Under the pieces are notes generated by a model. The model was not told the DNA's origin. It searched no databases and saw only the letters and a list, made by a program, of their open reading frames with translations. Shown here piece after piece: positions 1 to 11,776 of a stretch of DNA of 64,000 nt (its first letter is position 1; the number at the start of each line of letters is the position of its first letter). The stretch comes from Schizochytrium sp. TIO01 (taxonomy: Eukaryota > Protista > Bigyra: Labyrinthulomycetes). Made by a program: the position numbers and the translations under genes. The stretch is from the NCBI GenBank assembly GCA_004764695.1, contig SMSO01000032.1, positions 124,001 through 188,000 of the forward strand, in the 5' to 3' direction.

Positions 1-1775
1 CGAGCTGGTTGAGAATCAATTTCCTTTCGGTCCTCTCAAAATCAACTTTAACGCGGGCAGGCATTCATTCATTTATTCAATGAGGACAAAGCGAGCTAGG
101 AATTGCAATTGTTGATGATCATCACAGATATCAGATGTCTAAGATGCAGGAGAGAAACCCGAGCTTCAGAGTAGTAGTCAAGTGAGTCCATAGGATTGCA
201 GGAAAGGCAGACTGCAATCGACAGATACCATTCGTCAAGGTCGCCCCCCAAAAGATTAGTCTTTCATGGTGCAACGCACGAGAAAGCTCATGCTGGGCAT
301 GAACAGGAGTCACAGATCAAGCTGTTTTTGCAAACCAAGGAATAGTGATACCGACCCATTGTACGAGAAAAACGGTTCAGGTGTTGTTTAGGTCTGATGG
401 GCTGCCCAAGCCACAGTGAGCCCCATAATGACAAGACGTAAAGAGCTGAATATGGCAGTAAAGATGAAGTTCATGAACGCAGCAAAGCGCTCATCAGCAT
501 CAGGTTAAACGCAGGGCACTGTCGGCAATCTCTAACGCTTTGGTGACCTCTAGACAGGGCCATAATCGATGTTGTGAATATACCGCGACGAATTTATGAA
601 TAGATTCTATGTAGGCGTTCTAACAGACCTTTCAACCTGAAGCTACCCTGCGACTAATCCACGAAACTATAGTCTTCGCAAGTTATGTCAAGAAAGAGTC
701 AAACAATAAGTCAGAGTCCTCAGCGTCGTAGCCTCGGGCTGCTGTAATGACAGGGCAAGGTTCACGAAAAAGAGTGAACCATAGCCCAACCTCGTAGTTA
801 TCCTGGGCCGTTGAAGCGTTTTGTTGGATTGCAAGCTTTGACATCTCGATGAAATGAGTTATCTTTTCTTTCGGACTCATTTCCCCAATAGATTTACAGT
901 GCTTTACGCTCAGCAAGATACTCGAACTTATGCAAAGCAAGGTGATGTCACAGGATATTATGATGTGATGACTTCCTTCTTCATGGCAGAGTTTTGCATA
1001 TCTGCAACCTCTATCACTGGAGCGGACATGTGTTATGAGGGCTCTGTACTTTAAACTTATGATGCCGCGGAACTACTCCTTGTATCCATCATTTATGAAT
1101 GGCTGCCTTCATTCTCAAACTAGCTTGGCTTTGGAGTCATTTCGATCTCACCTCGAACACTAATATAATCACTACACATAGTAATATTACCTAGGTACTA
1201 ATAGCTCCACACTAGAATAGCGCTTACGAAGTATTTGTTGATGACAACTTATATTAGAGCAGGCCGGACTTTGGTGGTGCCATTCTTTCCCACAGGACCC
1301 GGTGTGTCCGTAAAAGTCAACACCGTAACAGTATGTAAGTAGCTAGGTAAGTACTATAAGTACTTCGAAAGGCAGACCAAGTTCGATGTGCTGAAATCGT
1401 AAGCCGAATGGTGAAGATTGTTTGTTCTTTGCTGCAAATGGCTACCTACCTCGTTAGGTAACGCTGCAGTTTGGCTGTATCTCCTTCAAGTCTCGGATGA
1501 GTGAATGAATGAATGAATGCCGTCATGATGGTATTGACTGAAGGTAGGTACTATCATTTCCTTTCACCTTTGCTGCCCCTGGAAGGTGTAGTAACTAAGT
1601 CCAAGAAAATAATACCTATCATCGTTACCTTTTCTTCAATGGCTGATCAAAGCCAGCAAACCCAAATCGAGCGGCATCTCATCGTATTGTTGTTTACATA
1701 CGTACCCCTAGATTTCTATATTCCTTCACGAAGCTTGAGTTGAGATCAAATACAAGAGTGGAAAGAGTGTGCACC

Positions 1776-2624
1776 ATGGCGCTTGATCCTCAGCAAAAGG
1801 GCTGTTGTCCTCCGGGATCTCTGGGAGCTGCTCTGGCTGCGGATCCGAAGAGCCTCCGCGGAGAGAATGTTGAACTACATAGCCCATCGCAAGGTAAAGT
1901 TGTAGCCTATGTAAGCAAGCCACCTGCGGATGCTCCCAGCAAGCCTGGCCAATGCTTGCTGGTTTTACATGACGTATTCGGTGTGGACTCTGGTCGTACA
2001 AAGCAAATATGCGATAGCTATGCTACCAAAGGTTATACCGTCATTTTACCTGATCTTACGCGGGACGGAAGCTTTGAGCCTCCTGAAAGTTTTGGACTCG
2101 GAGTTTTCAAGACGATCTTTAAGGCCATCTCACATCTCTACAACAACACTCGTGGACCAGTCCTAGCCAGGCTCGACGAGGCGGTTCTCCCATATCTGTA
2201 CAATGAGCTAGGAGCCAAGCAAATTGCTTTGATGTGCTTCTGTTGGGGTGCTTTTCCCATGAATCATCTTTTGGGTAAACACCTGCCTGAAATTAAATGT
2301 GCAATTGGATTCCACCCATCTCTCCAACTTTCTTCTTTGTACTTTGAGAACCTCGACTCGATTCTTGAAAGTATTCAAGTACCTATTGCATATTTGTCTG
2401 CGGAAAACGACCCCGCAACGATTAGACCTGAAGGCGTTGCGCATAAAATTATGCAAAAGAAACCATTTGCTGAGGAATGCATTTTTAAGGAATACAAGGG
2501 CGTACGTCATGGCTGGGTTAATCGTGGAGATCTTAAAGACCCTACTGTTTTAGAGGCTTACACAGACTCAATCAAACTCAGTGACGAATTTCTTGAGAAA
2601 CACTTGCTTTCTAGCGCTCTTTAA
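1776..2624 (+). CDS. Dienelactone hydrolase family protein (alpha/beta hydrolase, CMBL/AIM2-like)
   Basis: ORF 1740-2624, first ATG at 1776. N-terminal CCPPGS, LHDVFG, nucleophile elbow CFCWG, acid in AEND and HGW histidine match the DLH Cys-Asp-His triad. Confidence 0.9.
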   Translation: MALDPQQKGCCPPGSLGAALAADPKSLRGENVELHSPSQGKVVAYVSKPPADAPSKPGQCLLVLHDVFGVDSGRTKQICDSYATKGYTVILPDLTRDGSFEPPESFGLGVFKTIFKAISHLYNNTRGPVLARLDEAVLPYLYNELGAKQIALMCFCWGAFPMNHLLGKHLPEIKCAIGFHPSLQLSSLYFENLDSILESIQVPIAYLSAENDPATIRPEGVAHKIMQKKPFAEECIFKEYKGVRHGWVNRGDLKDPTVLEAYTDSIKLSDEFLEKHLLSSAL

Positions 2625-3286
2625 AGCGATAGTCATTTTCACCTAAATAGGAGGACTCTCTTTTCTTCATTTCTCAAATTACATTTTAAAATTAAATAAA
2701 ATCATGCAAGAAAATCTCTACGTGATTCGAATGATTGCTTTGTTGAGTATTGATCCTATGTTATGCTATATCAGGGATGATTCTATTGATTAACCCCCCT
2801 ATCCATGACTGATCTGGCAAGTTTTAATTACTGGACGTCAAGCATTTACAGCATCCAGTAACTTATTGCAGAGTCATAAAGCCAAAAGAATACTATGGAG
2901 CTTGCCATGTAAATATGCACTTCCCCTTCGGAAATACGAGAATAAGTTCAAATGTCCTTTACATTGTATGACGTTGTACTCTGTGAGGACACTGTTGCAT
3001 CGAAAGAAAAGCCACGTATCACTAGTTCTTCCATAATATTTCATAGTATATGCCATACGTATTTTTATCAAGAAACTCAATTTGTGATCAGGCAACAATG
3101 AAGTGAACAAAAGAGGTAAAATCAATGTCATAAATTTAGGTGAGTCTTCAAAAAATATTCGTTGGTGATCAGCCTTTACATACACAGTCCCATCATGTTC
3201 ATTGGGATCGACTGCTTGACGACGTGACAAGCATATCCATGGAGGTTTTTCTTGGTTGATAGTTTTCCTTTCAAAACCCCAATTGA

Positions 3287-6103
3287 TTAGCCTGTCGCAT
3301 GTAAAAGCAAATCGCGCACAACAGTAAAGTTGGCATGGAGCTCTTGTCGCTCTCTAGGGTTCATTTGATTTTGCTTTTGACGCCGCACTGCTGCGAGACA
3401 GTGCAGGACGCCCTCTGAGGAGGCACGTTGCAAGAGGTCAGCAAGCAATTGCTCGTGTCCAGAAGCCTCGAGCGTAAGAACGCACTCTGCAGCAAGTTTG
3501 TCAATGAAAGTCAACGGGACACCAAAATGTGGAGTAATCCGTACTGCGGCCACAAGAAGAAGCAAAATGTCAAGAACTTCGGAATTTCCACGCATACTAC
3601 GCAGAGAACGAAGATATAACATTTGCTTAAGAAGGGCACGTGTAAACGCCACGCCTTGGGACGCGAGCATCGAAACGGTTGCATTGGAGCGCTGCCATAT
3701 TTTTTCAATGCCAGTCTCGTTGGCCATCTCCAGGTCCTCATCCATGCCAGCACCAGAGATGCCGGTCCCATTGTTAGAGGTTTCGGCTCCAAATGAGGCT
3801 GCGTGTGCCCATACGTGTTCTACGTTGGTGGGAGCCCGGTCATCAAGACGACCGTAAGCATCACGCTTATACCACGGCGCGTGTCCTGAAAGCATGTAGT
3901 CCATTGATGCTTGTCCAAGGTGTCCAAAAGAGTCGTCCCAGTCATTAGGAGGTGGGCGTACTCTAGATTTGCGATGATAGTCTCTCCCTTCGTACGGTGC
4001 TCGTTCTTGCTTACCGACAAGAAATTCTCGATGATGACGATCCAGCCAGTTATCAAAATCCCCGTGAGCAATGTCTTCGGTGCCTGCCGAAGTCATAGAA
4101 CTGGCTGATACTGTCGAGGTGGTGGATCTTGCCGATGATAAGGGGCCTCCAACGGGAGGTGCGTGTCTTCCACTAACAGAATCCGAAGTAGTACTTGCTC
4201 CTCCCGTTCCATTGTGAATACCATTGTTGCCAGCACCAGATGAAGATGATGAGGATGATTGCTGACCCAAGATGTTTGTTTGATTTTGGTGCGAAAGCTG
4301 GTTTGACCTATGCGAGGAGGCCGAGCCCGCACTTGCCGTACTTGCGTTGCTTGAGGTTGATGATCGCATAGAGGTGTTCGTCGTGTTTGTTGTGTTTGTC
4401 ATAGCACTGACGATGGATAGGTTCGAAGTGCTGCTGCTGCTGCTGACCTGGCGCATGCCTGTACGCAAGGCGTTTGAGCTTGTGGTATTTCCACCACCGT
4501 TATTCCCGTTGCTGCTGGCCGATGCCCCATCGCCCGTAGGAAACAGCGGAGGGCGTGAATTCCACACGCCCATACGATCCTGCAAGGCTTGTTGCTGCTG
4601 CTGTTGATGTTGACCAAGGTTAGAAGCATAAGTTGATGCAAATGCAAGACCCTGGGATGCCTCCATCATTTCGTTAGCAACGGCTTCGTCATCAGCCTGC
4701 TGCAGCATGCCGAAAATACTCTGCACCATGCCACGAAGAGGGCGGCTGCGTTCATCTTTAACACCTGACCTTAAATGTGCTCTGCGTGAGCTGCGCCACC
4801 GTTTGCCATCCCAGACGAGCTCTTTGCATGTCCTGCGACGTTTCATGTCCACTTCACCAGCTCCAGCCATGTCAGCCCGCGAGCGTTTGCGATGGTGTTT
4901 GGAGGAGGCCCCTACTTCGCCAGCGTCTGCTGAGGTCATGCCCATAGACCCCTGCACGACGCCACCAAGTTTGGCCGCCACTTTTGATGATTTGCGTTGC
5001 TGCTGTTGTGTCTTATTGAGGTACCGTGTACCATTATTATTTCCAGTTATTCCGTTGTTATACTCGTCGTCGTCCTCATTGCTGTTGTTATTACTGTTAT
5101 GAGAATTCATGCTTCCGCGTAGGGCGGATCGCGATGCTGAGGCTCCTGTGGCGCCTCTATCACCGACCAATTCGCTGTTGTTTTTTGCGCAGTTACCCTC
5201 ATCGTTGCTACTGTCGTCGTCGTCGTACGAGGATGACGGTGATGCGGAAGATGAAGCAAAGTCAGAGCTTTCCTGTGAGTCCGCATCGGTGTCAAGGACC
5301 ATGTTGGACCTGTTTTCATAGGCTAGCGCCGAGGGCCACGCGTTCACCAAATCTGCGTCTGTAATTGTGGCGTCAATGCGGGCTCCGGCAGCATTTGTCG
5401 TCGGCACATATCCCGCCTCCTGGACCTCTTGAACATACTCCTGGCATACTTTGAGAATCTGCTCTGCAGCCTGCCGCCGTGTCGATACTTGACAGTTCGG
5501 GTCTCCATGGCTCACGAGCGCCACGGGATCCACCTCTGCGCCAAAGCACCACCTTCCATAAACAAATTCTCCATTGATCCACTTGCGTCTCATTCTGAAG
5601 ACTAGGTGGATTCCAAGACTGCTTCGCGCCTTGCGTAAAGCATCTGTTGCGTGCAGTGCAAACCAATTAACCGCTCCTGGTTTGGGCATCCATTCTGTTG
5701 CCACAGAGGCACATTCCCTACGATAAACCTTGCAAAAATAATAAAGATACGCCGTTGCCAGTTCACTTCTCAACGTGCAGCAATTTGATGTGCTCGCATT
5801 CAGAGCTGACGCCGACGAGTCCAATCGTACAAATTCGGAGCTCAAAAACGCAAGCAGCGGATGTCTCCTCACCAGTTCCGACTCATCCTCGCTGTCCAAG
5901 TCCATGTCATCATCTTCCATACGCTCCTCGCCTCCAGAAGAGGTCGTCTCATGACCTCTAAGACTAGAACTCAAGCCTGATCTCTCTGCCACTGTCGCCG
6001 CAGACCACGAAGCGCCAGTCCCGCTGCCGGTTCCACCACCGTTCCCAGAGGGTTCCCGTCGCCGTCGCCGCGGAGTGCCCCCTGCGCGCGCGCGCAGAGG
6101 CAT
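3287..6103 (-). CDS. Hypothetical 938-aa protein with ordered N- and C-terminal regions and a Ser/Asn/Gln/Gly low-complexity centre, possibly nuclear
   Basis: Uninterrupted 2.8-kb ORF from ATG. Basic clusters KHHRKRSR, KRRR and KRWRSSRR. No family recognised. Confidence 0.8.
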   Translation of the reverse strand: MPLRARAGGTPRRRRREPSGNGGGTGSGTGASWSAATVAERSGLSSSLRGHETTSSGGEERMEDDDMDLDSEDESELVRRHPLLAFLSSEFVRLDSSASALNASTSNCCTLRSELATAYLYYFCKVYRRECASVATEWMPKPGAVNWFALHATDALRKARSSLGIHLVFRMRRKWINGEFVYGRWCFGAEVDPVALVSHGDPNCQVSTRRQAAEQILKVCQEYVQEVQEAGYVPTTNAAGARIDATITDADLVNAWPSALAYENRSNMVLDTDADSQESSDFASSSASPSSSYDDDDSSNDEGNCAKNNSELVGDRGATGASASRSALRGSMNSHNSNNNSNEDDDEYNNGITGNNNGTRYLNKTQQQQRKSSKVAAKLGGVVQGSMGMTSADAGEVGASSKHHRKRSRADMAGAGEVDMKRRRTCKELVWDGKRWRSSRRAHLRSGVKDERSRPLRGMVQSIFGMLQQADDEAVANEMMEASQGLAFASTYASNLGQHQQQQQQALQDRMGVWNSRPPLFPTGDGASASSNGNNGGGNTTSSNALRTGMRQVSSSSSTSNLSIVSAMTNTTNTTNTSMRSSTSSNASTASAGSASSHRSNQLSHQNQTNILGQQSSSSSSSGAGNNGIHNGTGGASTTSDSVSGRHAPPVGGPLSSARSTTSTVSASSMTSAGTEDIAHGDFDNWLDRHHREFLVGKQERAPYEGRDYHRKSRVRPPPNDWDDSFGHLGQASMDYMLSGHAPWYKRDAYGRLDDRAPTNVEHVWAHAASFGAETSNNGTGISGAGMDEDLEMANETGIEKIWQRSNATVSMLASQGVAFTRALLKQMLYLRSLRSMRGNSEVLDILLLLVAAVRITPHFGVPLTFIDKLAAECVLTLEASGHEQLLADLLQRASSEGVLHCLAAVRRQKQNQMNPRERQELHANFTVVRDLLLHATG

Positions 6104-9100
6104 TGCGACAAGGTGGAGGGCGCGCGCGTCCTCCTACCGCCGCCAGAGCCTACCTGCTGCGTTTCCGCAGGCCGCCAAGTCGCTGCGGCGAGCCCAGAGC
6201 GAGGCAGGCGGATGCCTATTCGAATGCCGAATCGAAGACAGACAGACAGACAGACACACGAGAAATGAAGAAAAAGGAGACAGAAAGAAAGACAGAAAGG
6301 GACAGGGAGCGCTTGCGGAGGGCTGCCCCGCAGACCGGGGGAAGACCACGCAAGGGGGGACCACGGGCCAGGCTGCGAGACGCACCCGCGTCGCGCAGAG
6401 AAGAGAAGACAGATGGAAAGACAGGGCCGAAGGAGGACTGACTGACTGAGCGAGAGAAAGGAGGAGAAAGAGGGACACTAAGACCTCCTAATGGTCATCT
6501 ACCACAACAGGTGCTACTGTTAAGGGTAAGAGGCACATAGGAGGGGGCAGAGAAAAGGGAAAGGATGCGCGAGTACGAGGGTTAGCACTGCTAGGCAAAA
6601 CGGCTAAGAGGCTCAGGTGTTGAGGTGAAAGAATTTTAAAAAGGAATAAATTGTTTAGTATAGTTACGTAGTTAAGAAATAGAAAGTTTATTTGTGCCAT
6701 AGTTCGTTTGGTTCTTTGAAAGAATTGTTTCTCAATTCGTAAACATACTTATTTTCTTCACTTTCTTTTCGAGGAGTGTATTATTCTATAGGTAGTAGGT
6801 GTGAGGTACCTATACCTACTATCCCGTGTAAATGTTTTCGATGATGACGACTCATCCACTCAGGAAAATGATCAGAGTTGAGAGCGATGTACTCTCCTCG
6901 TTCGCATACCGACCGATCGATTGCTTGATCGATTCGTTTATTCATTCATTCGTTCATACATGCACACGATAGCTTTGGAAAGGGGTGGATGCAGTAGTAC
7001 TAAGTAAATAAAATAACTAGATTTATAGTGCAGGAGCGCTCTCCTTTTTGGTTTTAATCATTTTTTCAATCGAGTTCTTTCTGGCGTACCTTTTGCTTGT
7101 TTGTTCCTTTCCCTCTGTTTTGCCCACGCATGCATTGATAGGAAGAGCTCTAAATAATATCTGAAAGGCTTTGGCTTGTGTTTCCTTTTTAGTCGGGTTT
7201 TAGAATTATCCAGGTGTTTATAGTGTTTCGTCTTCGCATTTTGCTTAAGCTTTCCCGAGTTTTGTCGCATCTGCGCAGACCGCACGTATTCTGCTTACTT
7301 CGACGGGACGTTTCCACGCTCGTGTGCAGTATGCCATTGCACCGGGTCGCCTGGATCTTGCAGCCATAATAGTTGTTTTGAGCCCAATAATGATTTAACT
7401 CCTTTGGCACCTTAGATTTGCAAGATAAGTTTCCTGGTTTATTTTTTTATTTCTACTTAATTTTTTTATTAAATCAAAGTTATAATAAGCTTTAAAAGGA
7501 GAGACAAGCGCGAAAAGTCGATCAAAAAGTTGAAGTTCTGATATGAGATGAATGGATGGAGATGAAATATAGAAAGAGATGAGGAGGTGGATTCTAGTTT
7601 GAGAAAATAAATTGGCAGAAAATCGACACAAAGTATGAAAAATTGTTTGTCTCATGAGTAGAAAACTAGACGCTGGTAGTTTGCAATGAAACGCACCTTT
7701 AGCAGCGCATAGCAAGTTTCGGTTGCTGCGATTACTTTGGGTTGCTTGCTTGCTTGGTTGCTTGGTTCAATTATTTGTACCTGTTTAGTAGTTTTTAGTA
7801 GCAGCAAGCAAGATGATGATTTCTTTGTGCATAAGCATCGGCAGGTATGTCCTCATTCATGTAGGTAGACAAAGAGTGCTCAAGACTAGCAGTTACGATG
7901 TTTTGCATGTACATCTACAATCGCGAAGTGAGAAACCAAAGAACGGTAGATGCATGTCCATAAATATACCAGCTGTGCTAACTTCAGAAATGAGCACGTG
8001 TGCTCGAAGAAGTAATGATGTCTTTCGACGCCGGATATATGAGGTCAAGCTTGAAATATACCGATAAGGATGGGCAAGATGTTTTCCACGCACATTAAAA
8101 TATTGTCTTCTCCTCATCTTTTGAAGAGCACCCGCCATCAAAGTTTGCCGTTGCGAAGATGCTGAGATATATGTCTTCGCGCATAGCCTGCATCTAGAGG
8201 CCGAGCAGAGTTCTTCATTCAGACTGTCTGTACATTTTGTGCCACTGCCGTTCAGGGCAGTAACGATTCTAGGTACTGGCCCGGCGGTTGAAGTAGACCA
8301 GTATTTTGCCGATAGGCTTTCCTGTATTTGCCGTCGAGTTACCATTCGTAGCATCGATGCCAACAGCCCACGACTCAACCATAACCGCTCGGCAGCATGG
8401 CTCGAGCTCTTATGATTGCTCAAAGCAAAGATTCGCATCAAACTTTATGCTGCCAAAGCAAGCATCTCCAGCAGCACGAATGCATCAGTCTGACTACTGA
8501 GTGTTTGCTCTTGGTGCTGATTTCCTTTAAAACCCCAGTTTTCCTGCACAACAGAAAGAAACCTCGTTATGCTTTTGATTTGTTTTCTTTTCTTTTTAGC
8601 CGTCTCCTTCATGCGACGAAACTGGCATTCCATGCAATGGTTGCCTCTCTTCAAGCTGCAGTTCTGCACGTATTCAAGGGGACCACCGGTGGTTATCAAA
8701 CCAAATGTTGCAAGATCTAACAGCAGTTACCTACGAGCTATGCGGGAATTTAGCGAGGAATCAAAGCGCTATAGCTAGTACCAGACCTTGCTACGTCTTA
8801 TATATATTGCCTCATGCTAAAGTCTGACCTGTTATGTATTACAGGAGCTACTCTACTTACTAGAGACCCTAGATCGACTAGGTAGGTAAGCGGCACCATT
8901 ATGCTTTTATAAAGGAATAATAAATGTTTGCTTTTTTTAATAGTTTTTTATTATAATTAAAAAATTAAAAATTAAATAAACTCAGAAATGATTGCGCTGG
9001 GAGGATAACTTTTTGAGAATGAACTCTTTTTATGTATAGACTTTGTTGAATAGCTCTAATAATTACAGTTCCACAGTGACTTTTCTTCTTCTAATAGAAG

Positions 9101-10594
9101 TTAGAATTAGTCTGAGAGAAAGAATTCACTTGAAAGGGATCAATACCCCCGATAAGAAGGCGTAGCCATAGCATATTGGAGATGAGGAAAAGGGTAGTAG
9201 AAGCCTCGTCGGGTACATACTTCAAGCTGGTAGAATCCCGTACGTACTACCTAGGTACCTACGCGTTTACTTTGGCATGCGTTTTCGATATCCAGTCGGA
9301 AAGACTCCGTCTGCACCTTGAGGAAAAGATGCCCATTCTCCTGGTCTTCTAAAACGAAGCGTTCGGTTCTACTGGTAAACTTAAATAGACTGTAATACGT
9401 TGGCTGAAGCAAAATGGGTCCAGCCTAAAAAGACAAAATCCGAGTATCCCGCGTAGTGCATAGTAGTCCTTGTTTATTCATATCCTGGCTGACAATCGTG
9501 CCGCCTGGTCCTGTTTCACGCTGGTCTTGGTAGGCCGCACACGCATGAACTGTGATCGAGTATACCCTCTTTCAACAGCGTGCGTAGTGCTGCTAGCTAG
9601 CTATTACTCAGTTATGCACTCAGTTATGCTGCGAGGGTATTCTTACCCGTCTATCTTAGACGCGTAGAGGAGGTTCAAAGTTCAAGACTCGATTGGAATC
9701 AGGGGCAACTTGGGACTCCTCCCAAGTACGCCATAACAATCTTCCCCCAGATGGCCGATAGACAACCTGCGGCCAGTAGTTGATATGCAGCACGCTATGC
9801 AATTAACGCTTTCATTGGGAACGCTTGAATATGGATGTGATCTTTCTTACTTTTCCAAGGCCTAAACGATCCAAATCATCAAAATTTTCAATGTAATTAT
9901 CTGATCAAAGAAAACATGAATATAGCATACTTTTTAGCTACTGACCCGACAGAACATAGGATCGGAAAACTGTTATCTCCGCACAAGTGACGGCAGGAAA
10001 GCAATGGAAAAGATAACGCAGTCATCTATTTCGTAGGTGATTAGAGGTTTTGGACAAGATATGTGAGAGATGATGCCTAGATTCTGGCGAACCAACCATA
10101 AGGTGTTCTTAAACCTCATTTTACCTGGGGAAAACTCAACTCAAAGCTTGGGATCACAAAGTTCAATAGTTGAAAGGAAAACAATCCGCATGCACTAGAA
10201 CGGATCCTTAAAGAGAAATGAACAACACAAGGGAAAATTAATTTGATTTCTAGGACTTTCATCTAAAAACCTGGGTGACATACAATCGTTTGATCCGGAA
10301 ATCCCCAAAATTCGTATACTCAGTACTGTGTGAAGAATCTGCAAGACTCTATTTCAATCTCCTCTCTCACCTGGACATTCGTAAAAAAAAAAATGATAGG
10401 TAACAGGTCAAGTAAAACACACATATCTTATGATTTCAGTATGAGGTTGAATGATATAGCATCAAGAGGGTTTGACATGCTAAAGGATTCACCAGAGAAG
10501 AAAACAACAACACAAACGCATGTACTGAATAATAGAAAAAATGTTTGAGTTTGACATAAAGAGAGAATGAGGAAAAAATGAGAAATTCGCAAGA

Positions 10595-11044
10595 CTAATA
10601 CACAGGTCCAATGTCGGTGAGCGGCCACAAACGGAAAAAAACACGGCCCTTAATCAGGCCCATCGGCACGGCTCCGTAAGAACGCGAGTCGGTGGAATTC
10701 CTTGGGTTATCACCTTCAAGCCAGACGCGGCCCTTTGGAATCTTCACTACACGATCCCGCTCATACGGGTATCGTTTTGCTACGCGAACACGCTCGCCTG
10801 GCATACCCTTGACACGTTTACAAACTGTCTGCCGCGGGTTTGTGGGTGACTGGGCAATCACAATATCACCTTTGTTGATTTTCAGGAGCTGCGGCGAGAT
10901 GCGGTCTACCAAGACGATGTCTCCAGCGCTTGAAAATGTAGGCAACATTGAGGGACCTACGCACATAGTCACCTCGAAGACATACGTGTTCACGAAGTAC
11001 AAGAACGAGCCAAATTTGACCAGCTTCCACGAATTATTGATCAT
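10595..11044 (-). CDS. IMP1: Mitochondrial inner membrane peptidase subunit 1 (peptidase S26)
   Basis: GPSMLPT (catalytic Ser), VCKRV (catalytic Lys), EGDN..NSTDSR.YG.VP motifs. First ATG at 11044; an upstream exon cannot be excluded. Confidence 0.9.
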   Translation of the reverse strand: MINNSWKLVKFGSFLYFVNTYVFEVTMCVGPSMLPTFSSAGDIVLVDRISPQLLKINKGDIVIAQSPTNPRQTVCKRVKGMPGERVRVAKRYPYERDRVVKIPKGRVWLEGDNPRNSTDSRSYGAVPMGLIKGRVFFRLWPLTDIGPVY

Positions 11045-11776
11045 GGTGCTGCGCAAAATTTCATGTACTGATAATCTATGTGAATAAATCAATGCAAATG
11101 ATCGAACACCAGAAATGCCGCTGCTCCAGTGCTTCTCCCGCCAGCTAATGGGTTTGTTTTTTTAATACAGCCCCTTGAGATACCCAAGTTCTACGTGAAT
11201 CTAGCTGTGGAACTATCACGTGCTTTATCTGCTGTCAGGGAGCTTTCGCGGTCTCGCCTCGCTTCTATCCCAAGTGCGCGATGACGATGATTACCACGAT
11301 AGGCCCAAGGCCACTAGCTAACTCGCTCCCAGCACCAGAACACCTAACAAAAGACAGGACAAATGAAGTCTCTGAGCTCCACGAGCGCAGCAGGCACTCT
11401 AGGTGGCTCCACGATTGGGCAATGATGAGGCAGGCAAACTATCTCGCTTGCAAAGGCTTCATTCGACAGCCCGGAAAAAGAGAGAAATAATGAGAAATCG
11501 TTCATTGTCATCTTCAGCAATTAATGGCTTTACTAGAGGGGCGATGCGGCCGTGTATTAAATAGGCTCAACGGGTCGCTCCTTATATTGTGTGATAGGGC
11601 CTAGTTAGTTATGATGATGCTATTTTAGCTTGAGCAATTGCGGAATTGCGAAGACGTGTGAACCAAGTAGAGAGCAGCTTAGAACGTAGAAAAGGCCGTG
11701 TAGAAACTTTGGTGTGGTGGTCGCCCGCATTGGGGTCTTGGCATCGTCTATAGACCTATAGGAATTGTTTGCCTGT

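Noticed and set aside
2613-2624. C-terminal SAL of the dienelactone hydrolase as a PTS1 signal
   Set aside because: Non-canonical tripeptide lacking the basic middle residue; too weak to call.
7893-8441. 182-aa minus-strand ORF
   Set aside because: No motifs, Arg/Ser-rich random-looking composition and no codon bias.
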